Source of the DNA: Macrostomum lignano
Taxonomy: Eukaryota
Length of the DNA stretch: 64,000 nt
Assembly: GCA_002269645.1 (NCBI GenBank)
Contig: NIVC01000618.1
Coordinates: 186,001 to 250,000, forward strand
Direction: 5' to 3'
The position numbers and the translations under genes were made by a program. Within the stretch, counting starts at the first letter, position 1; the number at the start of each line of letters is the position of its first letter. Shown piece by piece: positions 28,624 to 40,283 of the stretch. Under the pieces are notes generated by a model, which was not told the DNA's origin, did no database searches, and saw only the letters and a program-made list of their open reading frames with translations.

Positions 28624-29214
28624 CTACTACTATCAGCGGCTATTAATGTTTTTGTCAAGCTGAAAATATTTACTATTTTGCTATTGTGTTTTTACCCAAG
28701 CGCAAACCCGATTCACTACTATTGAACACTGGGCTTTAATTACCAAAGGTCGCATTTTTTATTTAGTTCCAATAGCGCCCCCGCTCTGTGACTCTCTGCG
28801 CTCGTGTGTGCGCGTGCTTGAACTCTTATCCCACCCATTCTCTTCCTATCTTTTTGAGCAGGTTTTTTATAATAAAAACAACTTATTGTAACTTAATTGC
28901 GGAGTTCCTCACTGTCTTGTGGGTGCGTCTATATTAAGCACTAGTTTTGTTGGGTCTGGAGTTAAGGCTATTCGATGCCAGTTTAAACTTTAACCTGTTT
29001 GCAATGTTCGAGTTGACACAGTTGGACCGTCTTCAACAGAATTCAAACTGCTATTTTTCTCGGTTTGTCAATGCCAATTGTTAAGAGAACATTGTGCGTT
29101 GGATATTACATTTCTAATGCAGCCGGTCGCTCGCTTTGTGGTCAAAATTGTCCGCTTTTATCTGCGATTTCAGTTACTTCTTTGTACAGTATTTGGTCTT
29201 CAGAAGTAGGCAAC

Positions 29215-31682
29215 CACCCTCCCAGATCCTCAGGTTAAGACTGACCTCCAAGATCCTCAGGTTAAGACTAACCTCTAAGATCCTCAGGTTAAGACTAACC
29301 TCCCAGATCCTCAGGTTAAGACTAACCTCCCAGATCCTCAGGTTAAGACTAACCTCCCAGATTCTCAGGTTAAGACTGACCTCCAAGATCCTCAGGTTAA
29401 GACTAACCTCTAAGATCCTCAGGTTAAGACTAACCTCCCAGATTCTCAGGTTAAGACTGACCTCCAAGATCCTCAGGTTAAGACTGACCTCCAAGATCCT
29501 CAGGTTAAGACTAACCTCCCAGATTCTCAGGTTAAGACTGACCTCCCAGATCCTCAGGTTAAGACTAACCTCCCAGATTCTCAGGTTAAGACTGACCTCC
29601 AAGATCCTCAGGTTAAGACTAACCTCCCAGATCCTCAGGTTAAGACTAACCTCCCAGATTCTCAGGTTAAGACTGACCTCCAAGATCCTCAGGTTAAGAC
29701 TAACCTCCCAGATCCTCAGGTTAAGACTAACCTCCCAGATCCTCAGGTTAAGACTAACCTCCCAGATCCTCAGGTTAAGACTAACCTCCCAGATTCTCAG
29801 GTTAAGACTAACCTCCCAGATCCTCAGGTTAAGACTGACCTCCAAGATCCTCAGGTTAAGACTGACCTCCAAGATCCTCAGGTTAAGACTAACCTCCCAG
29901 ATCCTCAGGTTAAGACTGACCTCCAAGATCCTCAGGTTAAGACTGACCTCCCAGATCCTCAGGTTAAGACTGACCTCCCAGATCCTCAGGTTAAGACTGA
30001 CCTCCAAGATCCTCAGGTTAAGACTGACCTCCCAGATCCTCAGGTTAAGACTGACCTCCAAGATCCTCAGGTTAAGACTGACCTCCAAGATCCTCAGGTT
30101 AAGACTGACCTCCCAGATTCTCAGGTTAAGACTAACCTCCCAGATCCTCAGGTTAAGACTGACCTCCCAGATCCTCAGGTTAAGACTGACCTCCCAGATC
30201 CTCAGGTTAAGACTGACCTCCCAGATCCTCAGGTTAAGACTGACCTCCCAGATCCTCAGGTTAAACAGCCTCTCAGATCCTCAGGTTAAGTTAAGCAACC
30301 ACCCAGAACCTCAGGTTAAGCAACCACCCTCCCAGATTCTCAGGTTAAGTTAAGCAACCACCCAGATCCTCAGGTTAAGCAACCACCCTCCCAGATCCTC
30401 AGGTTAAGTTAAGCAACCATCCAGAACCTCAGGTTTAGCACCCTCCCAGATCCTCAGGTTAAGACTAATCTTCCGGATCCTTAGTTTAAGACTAATCTCC
30501 CAGATCCTTAGTTTAAGACTAATCTCCCAGATCCTCAGGTTAAGACTGACCTCCAAGATCCTCAGGTTAAGACTGACCTCCAAGATCCTCAGGTTAAGAC
30601 TGACCTCCCAGATTCTCAGGTTAAGACTGACCTCCCAGATCCTCAGGTTAAGACTGACCTCCCAGATCCTCAGGTTAAGATTGACCTCCCAGATCCTCAG
30701 GTTAAGACTGACCTCCCAGATCCTCAGGTTAAGACTGACCTCCCAGATCCTCAGGTTAAGACTAACCTCCCAGATTCTCAGGTTAAGACTGACCTCCAAG
30801 ATCCTCAGGTTAAGACTAACCTCCCAGATCCTCAGGTTAAGACTAACCTCCCAGATCCTCAGGTTAAGACTAACCTCCCAGATTCTCAGGTTAAGACTAA
30901 CCTCCCAGATCCTCAGGTTAAGACTGACCTCCAAGATCCTCAGGTTAAGACTGACCTCCAAGATCCTCAGGTTAAGACTAACCTCCCAGATCCTCAGGTT
31001 AAGACTGACCTCCAAGATCCTCAGGTTAAGACTGACCTCCCAGATCCTCAGGTTAAGACTGACCTCCCAGATCCTCAGGTTAAGACTGACCTCCAAGATC
31101 CTCAGGTTAAGACTGACCTCCCAGATCCTCAGGTTAAGACTGACCTCCAAGATCCTCAGGTTAAGACTGACCTCCAAGATCCTCAGGTTAAGACTGACCT
31201 CCCAGATTCTCAGGTTAAGACTGACCTCCCAGATCCTCAGGTTAAGACTGACCTCCCAGATCCTCAGGTTAAGACTGACCTCCCAGATCCTCAGGTTAAG
31301 ACTGACCTCCCAGATCCTCAGGTTAAACAGCCTCTCAGATCCTCAGGTTAAGTTAAGCAACCACCCAGAACCTCAGGTTAAGCAACCACCCTCCCAGATC
31401 CTCAGGTTAAGTTAAGCAACCATCCAGAACCTCAGGTTTAGCACCCTCCCAGATCCTCAGGTTAAGACTAATCTTCCGGATCCTTAGTTTAAGACTAATC
31501 TCCCAGATCCTTAGTTTAAGACTAATCTCCCAGATACTTAGTTTAAGACTAATCTCCCAGATCCTTAGTTTAAGACTAATCTCCCAGATCCTTAGTTTAA
31601 GACTAATCTCCCAGATCCTTAGTTTAAGACTAATCTCCCAGATCCTTAGTTTAAGACTAATCTCCCAGATCATCAGGTTAAG
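29215..31682. repeat. 27-bp minisatellite (GACTGACCTCCCAGATCCTCAGGTTAA) with a 1062-bp higher-order duplication
   Basis: Direct repeats. The variant block starting AAACAGCCTCTCAGATCC occurs at 30263 and 31325. Confidence 0.97.
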
Positions 31683-32159
31683 CAACTACCCGTTCATACC
31701 CTCATATTAACCGATTTGAGTTTGCCGATGTGCATCGGCGCCCGCAGCCTCCAGACTCCGACATCATTGGACGCGTCCGATTTGGACAGCTACGTCGAAG
31801 GCCCTGTCATTGTCGCCGGCTTAGCCGTTCAGCTGGCGACGTGGCTTCTATCAGCACCGCATCAAGCAGTGAGAACGGCAGCTACTGCTGCGATTGTTTC
31901 GACTTGAAGCGGTGCGTTGCCCGACTTGGCAATAACCTGCTGACACTGCATCGGCTGGCTGATGGCGGCGAGTTGAATCTGGCGAGTGATTAATTAGATG
32001 TGTGCCTTTAGAAATCTAAAGGGCTTCGCCCCCAGACCCCCAGCAGGGGCTTCGGCCCCACACCCCATCCCCAACTTCAACCATAGACATACAAGTATGG
32101 CTCCGGGATTTATCTGAATACATCCCACAAAATTAAAGTAGTTTAAATAAGATAGTAAG

Positions 32160-32857
32160 CAAGGACGACTTAAGTAGAAGGACGGGAAACCTCGTTTCTT
32201 AGAAAAGTTTTGAAGGCACTTTTTCCCGAAAAAATACACTACGGAGATAGGAAGTTTTCATTTTTTCAGCACAAAAATTGTTATTGCGTTTGATAGGAGG
32301 CAGATCCAGTGTTCATCTCTTGATATGTTGTGCCTTTTTTATTGCTCTATCGATATTTATAAAGCTTTTCGTTCGGGAAATTAGGATTCTATGTAAATTT
32401 TTTATTCTTCGTATATTTTCGCGTGTCTTGTGCTTGAAATACATTAGAATGCCACGGCTCGGCTCTTTGGTTTCATGAGTCTATTTTAGCATTCCTTCCC
32501 GACTGTGTAGCAAATATTTGTAACAGAGATGATAAAATAGGTTCATAAAACCAAATATTGGAGCTGTGTCATGCATTTTTGTGATTTTTAGATACAGGAA
32601 ATATACGTAGAATCAAAAATTAACATAGAATCCTAGTTTTCTAAACGAAAAGCTTTATAAATATCGATAGAGCAATAAAAAAGGCACAACATATCAAGAG
32701 ATGAACACTGGATCTGCCTCCTATCAAACGCAATAACAATTTTTGTGCTGAAAAAATGAAAACTTCCTATCTCCGTAGTGTATTTTTTCGGGAAAAAGTG
32801 CCTTCAAAACTTTTCTGGGAAACGAGGTTTCCCGTCCTTCTACTTAAGTCGTCCTTG
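32160..32857. mobile_element. hAT-like MITE with long (>210 bp) TIRs and an 8-bp TSD
   Basis: Termini CAAGGACGACTTAAG...CTTAAGTCGTCCTTG. TSD ATAGTAAG at 32152-32159 and 32858-32865. Confidence 0.92.
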
Positions 32858-33302
32858 ATAGTAAGTTTAAAGCATTAAAGTCCTGCAAGCGGGCTTAGAT
32901 GTAGTCTATGGCATTAAAAGGCAAGAATAAGTGCCCAGCGGACACAAAGGTCATGGTACAATACCAAATAAAGCAATTGTGTGTTTCGGCCAACGTTGCA
33001 AATTTATCAATCTGATTGTTTTCATTCATTTTATCAATTAACTTTGTCTATGGCAATACCCCAGCAAAAAAGCAAAAAATCTTTCCACAATCCATTTAGA
33101 AAATGCCACAAGTATTTCCACACTGTCGAAGCGCATGCTTGCTTTCGCATTTGAAATTCTGAAGTTCAGAAGTTGAGATATTGGGAATTTAGTGCTAGAG
33201 AAACTGAAAACTTTCTATCTTGCCAATCCATGTAGACTGCGCTTAACAAAAAATATGTACCTTAAACTACTGAACCCTTCGCAATCTAGGAAATCTAGGG
33301 AA

Positions 33303-33500
33303 TGTGCCCAGTGTTTAGAGAGTCGGACTCAACTTGAAGGTAGGGGGTTCGATTCCTGACCTCGTTGGAATAATTTATGTCCTTGAGCAGTACACTTAAC
33401 AACTCTGCATTGCTTCAGTTCAGCCAGCTGTAAAATGGGTGCCAGCTGGGGGGGGGGGTAATTGAGGTTGTGTCTGGCGACTCCCCTTTGACTTGACTCA
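33303..33500 (+). mobile_element. CORE-type SINE, 5' part
   Basis: A-box TGTGCCCAGTGTTTAGAG, B-box GGTTCGATTCC and CORE-like CCTTGAGCAGTACACTTAAC...CAGCTGTAAAATGGG. Confidence 0.78.
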
Positions 33501-33599
33501 GCTGCAGGGGGCTCCGTGCGTCCGGGTGCATCGAGGAGGCGTGGCTCCCATTTCGCTAACCCCTGGCGACCAAGGGCAGCTAGTGCTGCGGTGTCGCGT

Positions 33600-34408
33600 A
33601 GGGAGTTCCGGTGGTGCCGGTGTTCGCAGCGCGGTCCCCCTCCGGAGAGTTCAGGAGGTGGATTGTCGCTCGCCCGGTAGCCCTTAGGTTCCTGAAAGTT
33701 CCTGAAAACATCGGTGAGGTCCAGGTGGGGGCTGAGGTAGGTGAGCCTGTCCTGAGTAAAGGCGGGGCATTCACAGATAGTGTTCCGCATTCTCGACACT
33801 GGAGAGGCAGAATGGGCATTCCTCGCTACGGATTTTCCCTGGGGTTGGTGATGCCTGGCAAAGCAGCCATGACCCAAGATGGCCATGGTCACCGCCCTGA
33901 TGTCCCTGCGGTTGAGTCCAAGCAGGGCCCTGCGCAGGGCGGAGGAAGGTCAGGGGACAGCCGCGCGAGATTGCCGGCAGTCGGGGGCGTTAGCCCACCT
34001 CTCCCTGTGCTTTGAAGCCACCCACTGGTTGATCCGAGTGGTTAAAAGTGGTGAAATGTATGGCAGGGGACCAGTAAAAGAACCGGTCGAGCCAGGCTTG
34101 GTCAGGCGATCGGCCAACTCGTTGCCGGGGTGGTCCGAGTGCCCGGGGATCTACCTTAGGGACAGCTTGTTAGAGGCAAGGCGCCTAAGCGGTTGAGCTT
34201 CCCGATGCAGTCGAGGACTGTACGCGAGCAGGTGGTGTTGCGCTCAAGGCCGTATATCGCCGCTTGACTGTTTGAGTGGAGGGTAATCTCGCGCTGATTG
34301 TACAGCTCCATGGAGCGGGAGCTGATGGCGAGAACTTCGTTCTGGAAGACGGTGGAGCACGTGCCGGTGTGCTGGGAGAAAGTCGCCACGGTTCTCCCCC
34401 CAGACACG
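33600..34408 (-). mobile_element. 5'-truncated non-LTR retrotransposon (LINE) 3' end: RNase H plus CCHC region
   Basis: STVFQNEVLAI...ITLHSNSQAAI (RNase H with D to N) and a frameshifted CRECG...CECPAF zinc-finger region. Confidence 0.8.
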
Positions 34409-34535
34409 ATGGCGACCCCCAGTCGTTGGACTGAACAGCCGTACGCAGCCTTCAGATGCGCCGCGCAATAGCTGCGGCTGAGCTGTCGGTTGCACATCTG
34501 GCCATTAGGGCAGGTGTAATCAATAATTATTATTA
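34409..34535 (+). mobile_element. SINE 3' tail
   Basis: GGCGACCCCCAGTCGTTGGACTGAACAGCCGTACGCAGCCTTCAGATGCGCCGC is nearly identical to 24136-24270. Confidence 0.8.
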
Positions 34536-34634
34536 TGTGCGAGATTGTTAGTGCTAATACATTTTATGTACAATTTTACAATTTTTGCATCTATGTAAAA
34601 GTTCTAGTTAAATGTTTATCAAATTGCATTTCAG

Positions 34635-35686
34635 GCCAATCTGACAGAAGAGACTCTGATTGACAGGTTTATAATCCACCGCATGCTAAATGTAAGTTTT
34701 ATGACATGTTGCAATAAAGATGATTAAAGAACCGTGACTTCTCTACCAATTTCATTTGAATCCTTTACCGCATTGCTTTCCCAGGTGTCAATGGCTAAGA
34801 AAAAGTGCAACCTGATTGGTGAGAAATTCAAAATCAAGAATTAAAAAACTCTATATCTAAGCTGTTTATGAGATAATCTGCTGTATCTGGGCTGTTTATG
34901 GGATAATCTGCTGTATCTGGGCTGTTTATGGGATAATCTGCTGTATCTGGGCTGTTTATGGGATAATCTGCTGTATCTGGGCTGTTTATGGGATAATCTG
35001 CTGTATCTGGGCTGTTTATGGGATAATCAGCTGTATCTGGGCTGTTTATGGGATAATCTGCTGTATCTGGGCTGTTTATGGGATAATCAGCTGTATCTGG
35101 GCTGTTTATGGGATAATCTGCTGTATCTGGGCTGTTTATGGGATAAATCTGCTGTATCTGGGCTGTTTATGGGATAATCTGCTGTATCTGGGCTGTTTAT
35201 GGGATAATCTGCTGTATCTGGGCTGTTTATGGGATAATTTGCTGTATAACCCGCAGTGTTTAACTACAGCGGCCAGCAGTACGCGATGTCCTACAAGCTC
35301 AGCGAGTCCAGCGCCCCGAGTGTCAACTGGTGGCTGCTGTTGGCACCACAGCAGCAGCCGCTGATTCCGGCCGGCAACTCGCTACGCCAGTGCGGCACCG
35401 TCTGCGGCGACGGGCACGCCAGTCTCTGGCGCTCGGCGTCAGCGCTTGACCTGCTGAAATCGGCCATTGGATTTCCGGCCGACAATTCGACGGCTGCCAC
35501 TGCCAGCTTTCTGGCCGGCAAGCGGCCGCTGCGCTCCGCTCGGGTGCTGAAGCGGGGCCGGCGGCTTCGCGGCATCTGGCGGCGCAAACTGCTGCTGGTT
35601 ACCGAGGACTGCCTTGGGTACTGCTCTGAGGATCGGCGTGCCCTGTCTGTGAGTTCTGTCCCTGACTGTCTGTGTCTGTCTGTGTG

Positions 35687-35743
<57 letters not shown>

Positions 35744-36098
35744 GCCTGTCTGTCTGTCTGTCTGTCTGTCTAGAACCATTCTACCACAACCATTGACGAT
35801 CAAAAGCACCATTAAATCGCAGGTGTCTGGCGTATCCGTTCCATTGCACAGACTGGCTGCCGCCTACCTTGTCCCGAAAGAGTGAGTTTCAATTTTGTAC
35901 AACCGGATAGATTTTGCATTTGCACATTATTTTAGATTTAAATTAAAATTTAAAAAAAATTTTAGGCGAACAGACGAGTTGCGAATCACTAGCGCGTGCC
36001 TAGAAACCAATCTGGCCTTCAAATTTGCTACTCCAGATGAAGCTTGCAGCTGGCTGGCACTGCTTAACGATCTGATTATGCGCCAGTCTAAAACTTGA
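34635..36098 (+). CDS. 3' exons of an uncharacterised protein with a probable C-terminal PH-like domain (5' end not found)
   Basis: Phase-compatible GT-AG exons 34635-34691, 34785-34818, 35257-35648, 35823-35881 and 35966-36098. RVLKRGRRLRGIWRRKLLLVTEDCLGY and the terminal helix FATPDEACSWLALLNDLI resemble the first strands and final helix of a PH fold. Confidence 0.65.
34858..35247. repeat. 30-bp intronic minisatellite (GCTGTTTATGGGATAATCTGCTGTATCTGG)
   Basis: Direct tandem repeats ending ~10 nt before the acceptor at 35256. Confidence 0.96.
35666..35771. repeat. (TGTC)n intronic microsatellite
   Basis: Seen directly, inside predicted intron 35649-35822. Confidence 0.95.
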
Positions 36099-38426
36099 GC
36101 TGGTTGTTTTATCGAAAGCGACTTCAGTAAACACTTATCTGTTTTGCATTCCAGAATGTATGCACAAATCGACTCACTCGACTGTGAAATTTTTATGAGC
36201 ACGGCATTTTAACAAAAGGGTTTTTTTATTTCATTGTATTTTATTTTATTTATTCTGATATTTTTTCTCTCAAATTCAGCCACTGCACTAGCCAATTCGA
36301 ACAATTTGGCAATGCCTTCATTTTTATTGCTCCATTTTTGTGGCGCTTTTTGACATAGCTGGGCTGCTGTGCTATATTGACCACTATCGCTTTTTATTGG
36401 TAATCTTTCGGAATTCACAAAATATACTTGTACATATAATATACCTGTTACTCAGGCAAACAGTTTATTTTCCTCGTGCTGTTATAAATATTGTGAATTG
36501 ACGAGTCCAGCTTTGGACTACAGTATATTTGAGCCTTGTTTGAAACGGAATATGCATATTAGATGTAAATGTATACAAATGAGGAAGCTACAATAACAGG
36601 CGGCTCGCTCAGGTTAAACGTCTGATAAAATACCATCAAAACGAGTTGGGCAAATAGACGTGACTTCTGTTTAGCAATTAATTGATAAAATCACGAGCAC
36701 TAAATAAATTTTATTTATAAGCTGTGCTTCTACATTATGCGTATAGCTCTTGGTGTGTGCATTTTTTAGTTCAGACCAGTCGCGCGCAACAACCGTGTAT
36801 CAGGATTCTACTCTCGCAGCTGCTTAAAATTTTACGGAATGACTAACGTACATGTACATTCAAGGACCACTTCTGTTATATTCAGTGGTCATTGCATGTA
36901 TTTACTCTTTATATACAAAGCGTCTATCGTGAATATAGACGTCAACAACAAATTAAAAAGAAATACTTTTAAAATTGAAGTCTTAAGTTTTTTGTTAGCC
37001 GGTAGTATGTAAAATATATAATGCAGAAACTAAAATCTACTGTACTACCGTACACGGATGTCTAATAAGTAAGATAAAATTTAAATGTTATAACAAAAAT
37101 CTTACTTTTAAGTTTAAATTATACAAAGTAATAAAGCAGCTTATTTTGCAGTATAAGGATTCTAGTTTTTCTTTGTATTTAGCTAAGTAAGATGTCTGTA
37201 TTATCTGTCTGGATAATTAGAATTAGAATTTGTTCGTTACCTTTATAAGATTTTTACGTCAAGGTCAAGGTCATGTCGAAGTCTATCTCTTATTAAAGGA
37301 ACTTGTGTTTGTGTTTGCTACATAGTTCATAAAATTATCCAAATCTTATACTGCCCTTGGTTTTAAGCAGCTCTGTCTCTAGCTAGTAAATGAAATTAAT
37401 GGAAGATTCAAGTAGTGTAAAAAACGATGTCAGCATGGATATAAATTCGAGTGATAAAAATAATTTGCGAGCATCCACTTCTTCAGTTTCGAATAGTCTT
37501 GGAAATGATCTAAAGTATAGAATCGCAGGTAAATCTTCCCTTAACGCTCTGTCACATTTTATCTACTTTTGCTAGGCTTCCTTGGCTCAGATTACTACAA
37601 GTCACCATAGACCCTACACTATGGCATGCTTGCCATGCTAGACCTAGCCTAGCTCAAGATATTTTTGTTGACCAATGAATGCTACGGCCTATGCTTTATT
37701 TTCTAATATAATAAATATCTTTGTAATCATAGAAATTATATTGCACCAATCATTTTCAAATAATAAAAATACCATAGACTGCATAGTGTTTTGCTAGGGC
37801 CTATAGGCTATAGCAATTAATAGACTGTGTCTAGGCTCTAGGGGCCTATAGACTTACTCCATTTGGCACTGGCAATCTTCAAGAATCCTTTGCTAAACTC
37901 AAATTTGTGCGTAATTTGTGCTAAATTATGGTAGGAAACATGTAAACAATGTCTATAAGACAAAAAGCTGCACAGTCAAGACAAAAGGCAGGAAAATAGA
38001 AAAATGAATATCTGTGGTAAACTAAATTAAATTACTATACTAAAGGGGGGCACAAAAAAGCTTCAAATTCTTGCTACTGATAATTATTATTACTAATTAA
38101 ATGTTTGATTTTTAACAAAAGTGCATAAAGTTCATATTTGTTTTTAAAATAGGCCTCTATATAAAAAATTATATAAAAAGAATTGCTCTTTTCAGTTTAG
38201 TTTTAAATATCTCAAAATCTTGATCAAATCTAAAAAATGCAATATTGTCCAACCCCTAGTTTTATTGTCCAACCAACAAATTTTTGCTTTAGAATATTTT
38301 CAAGGAACAAACAAAAACTATATATTCTTTACAAGTTTAGTAGTAAGCTATAAGATACATAGTGAACAATCAGTTGGCTGGCAACATATCATTTAATTTG
38401 GAACTAGTACTACTTAAATGCAGGTA

Positions 38427-39047
38427 CCAGTTGTTACAGTGACAAGTCGTTTGGTGATAGATGTTTTGGTGACAAGTTGCTTTTGTGATAGAAACACTTC
38501 ATTTTTGATAAAAAATTAAAGATATAACAAGTATTGTCATTTTAATGATAAGAGACGCTTTATAATATTAGCTTGTAGTTACTTTGTTAAGATTTATGTT
38601 TTGTATATATATTTAAAAATTTTCCTTAAAAGATTAATATATTTAAGAAAACAAATAAAACTAATTATTGTTTTTTTCCTATATTGATCGTTTTGAATTG
38701 TCCTAGAGTTTTTAGACATATACATGTAAACCAGAAACCTATATAGAGAATCCTCATGAAATGCCAACCACAAAAAAGCAGAAATTTATGCTAAATGTTT
38801 GGATTGAAAAACAATTCAAAAGAACACAACTCTAATTGTAAATAAACAAAATTAAAGAAAGCAGAACTTAACCTTTTCTAAAAGTTATAAAACTTTAGAT
38901 TCAATATCCCTTAAGATTTGCAAGTTAATTTTCTGTTTAAAAACAGAATGGCTATCACTATAAGGTTATTTTTCTAATCACTGAAATGAATTTTGCTTGT
39001 TACCAAAGGATTGTCACCAAAACCTTTTGTCACCAAAACAACTAATC
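38427..39047. mobile_element. Old MITE-like element with inverted subterminal TTTTGGTGAC repeats
   Basis: The left end has repeated TTGGTGAC/A and the right end repeated GTCACCAAAA. Imperfect inverted similarity over ~55 bp, with no TSD recognised. Confidence 0.4.
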
Positions 39048-39472
39048 TTAGAATGCTTGTCTAACTAGTGACAGAATTATGCACTTTTAATATTGAGCAA
39101 GTAATTAGTATATAGATGGTTTGCCTGGATTGCAAAGATTATTACTTGTAATTTTTAATTCATAAAGACTTATTCTTTGAGGCCCTAAACTTAGCTCAGC
39201 CTAGCATACCTAGTCTAGCTTCATCTACTAATGGTCAATTGAGGTATAGCTAGGAGAAGCTGATCACTAGGTGCATACAAGCCCATAAATATTCATTTAT
39301 TGACATTGGTTGGTTTTATTTATATTCATTGATTTTATTAAGGTCATCTATATCCAATTATTTATTGACCATCCAATGAAATTGGGAGGCCCTAGTTGAA
39401 AGGTTAAAATAGATAAGTCCTATTTTATGCACCAAAAATTTTATCAGAATGCACACTAGCCTGGTCAATAGG

Positions 39473-39757
39473 CATACATGTGCAATCTCCAAAATTGAGT
39501 CGGCTATGCAACTTAGTTTTAACAAAAAATATGACATAGTTTTTGGCCAAAAAATGTGACCTACATGTAAAAGAAACCCTAAAGCAAAATTAATGCAACT
39601 TTGGGTAAACGGCAGGAGTAACTATGACTGTAAGGCAAAATGCCTCATTATCTACTTAGTATACTTGGGGATTTATTCAGGTGGGAATTTTGAGTTTAGT
39701 TGGCCACCAAATCAGTTGGCCAGATTGGAAGACTCGGCCAACTGTTGCGCATGTATG
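39473..39757. mobile_element. hAT-like MITE, older CpG-decayed copy
   Basis: Termini CATACATGTGCAA...TTGCGCATGTATG. Degenerate 8-bp TSD TCAATAGG/CCAATGGG. Homologous to 39988-40283. Confidence 0.82.
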
Positions 39758-39987
39758 CCAATGGGTATTAAGAATGATAGAGTGTGACACCCAAAAATTC
39801 ATTATACATGTAATATGCTAGTTGAGAATTGAACTATGGCAATGTTACTGCCAATTATCATATAGTATGTTGATCTCAGTATTTATATCTTGACAAATTG
39901 TTGGCAAATATACAACCAGCTGCTTAACTATTGGCTACACTTTGTAAACCTGCAAGATGTAACAATTCATAGAAATCTTATTAAAAG

Positions 39988-40283
39988 CATACATGCGCAA
40001 CCTCCAAAATTCGGTCGGCCGTGCGACTTAGTTTTAACAAAAATGCGACGTAGTTTTTGGCCAAAATGCGACTTGCATGTAAAAAAACCGTAAAGCAAAA
40101 TTAACGCAAGTTTGGGTAAACGGCAGGAGTAACTATGACTCTCTTATTAAGCCAAAATGCTTCGTCAGCTACTTAGTACTACTACTAGGGTGTTTTTTGA
40201 GTGGGCATTTTTGCGACTTCCTTGGTTGGTCGCCAAATCGGTCGGCCGGATCGGCCGACTCGGCCGACTGTTGCGCATGTATG
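39988..40283. mobile_element. hAT-like MITE, younger copy
   Basis: 14-bp TIR CATACATGCGCAAC/GTTGCGCATGTATG. Perfect TSD ATTAAAAG at 39980-39987 and 40284-40291. Confidence 0.92.

Noticed and set aside
29136-31685. Long ORFs of 240-405 aa (SQILRLRLT / EVSLNLRIW repeats)
   Set aside because: Translations of a 27-bp stop-free satellite, open on both strands, with no coding context.
31995-32150. GC-rich GGGCTTCGCCCCCAGACCCCC motif suggestive of a Helitron/Helentron-type repeat
   Set aside because: No second copy or diagnostic termini in the window to support a call.
33303-33375. Possible tRNA genes (also 2812-2875, 23988-24030, 10950-11022)
   Set aside because: A/B boxes are present but there is no full cloverleaf. 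Three of them continue into a shared SINE body.
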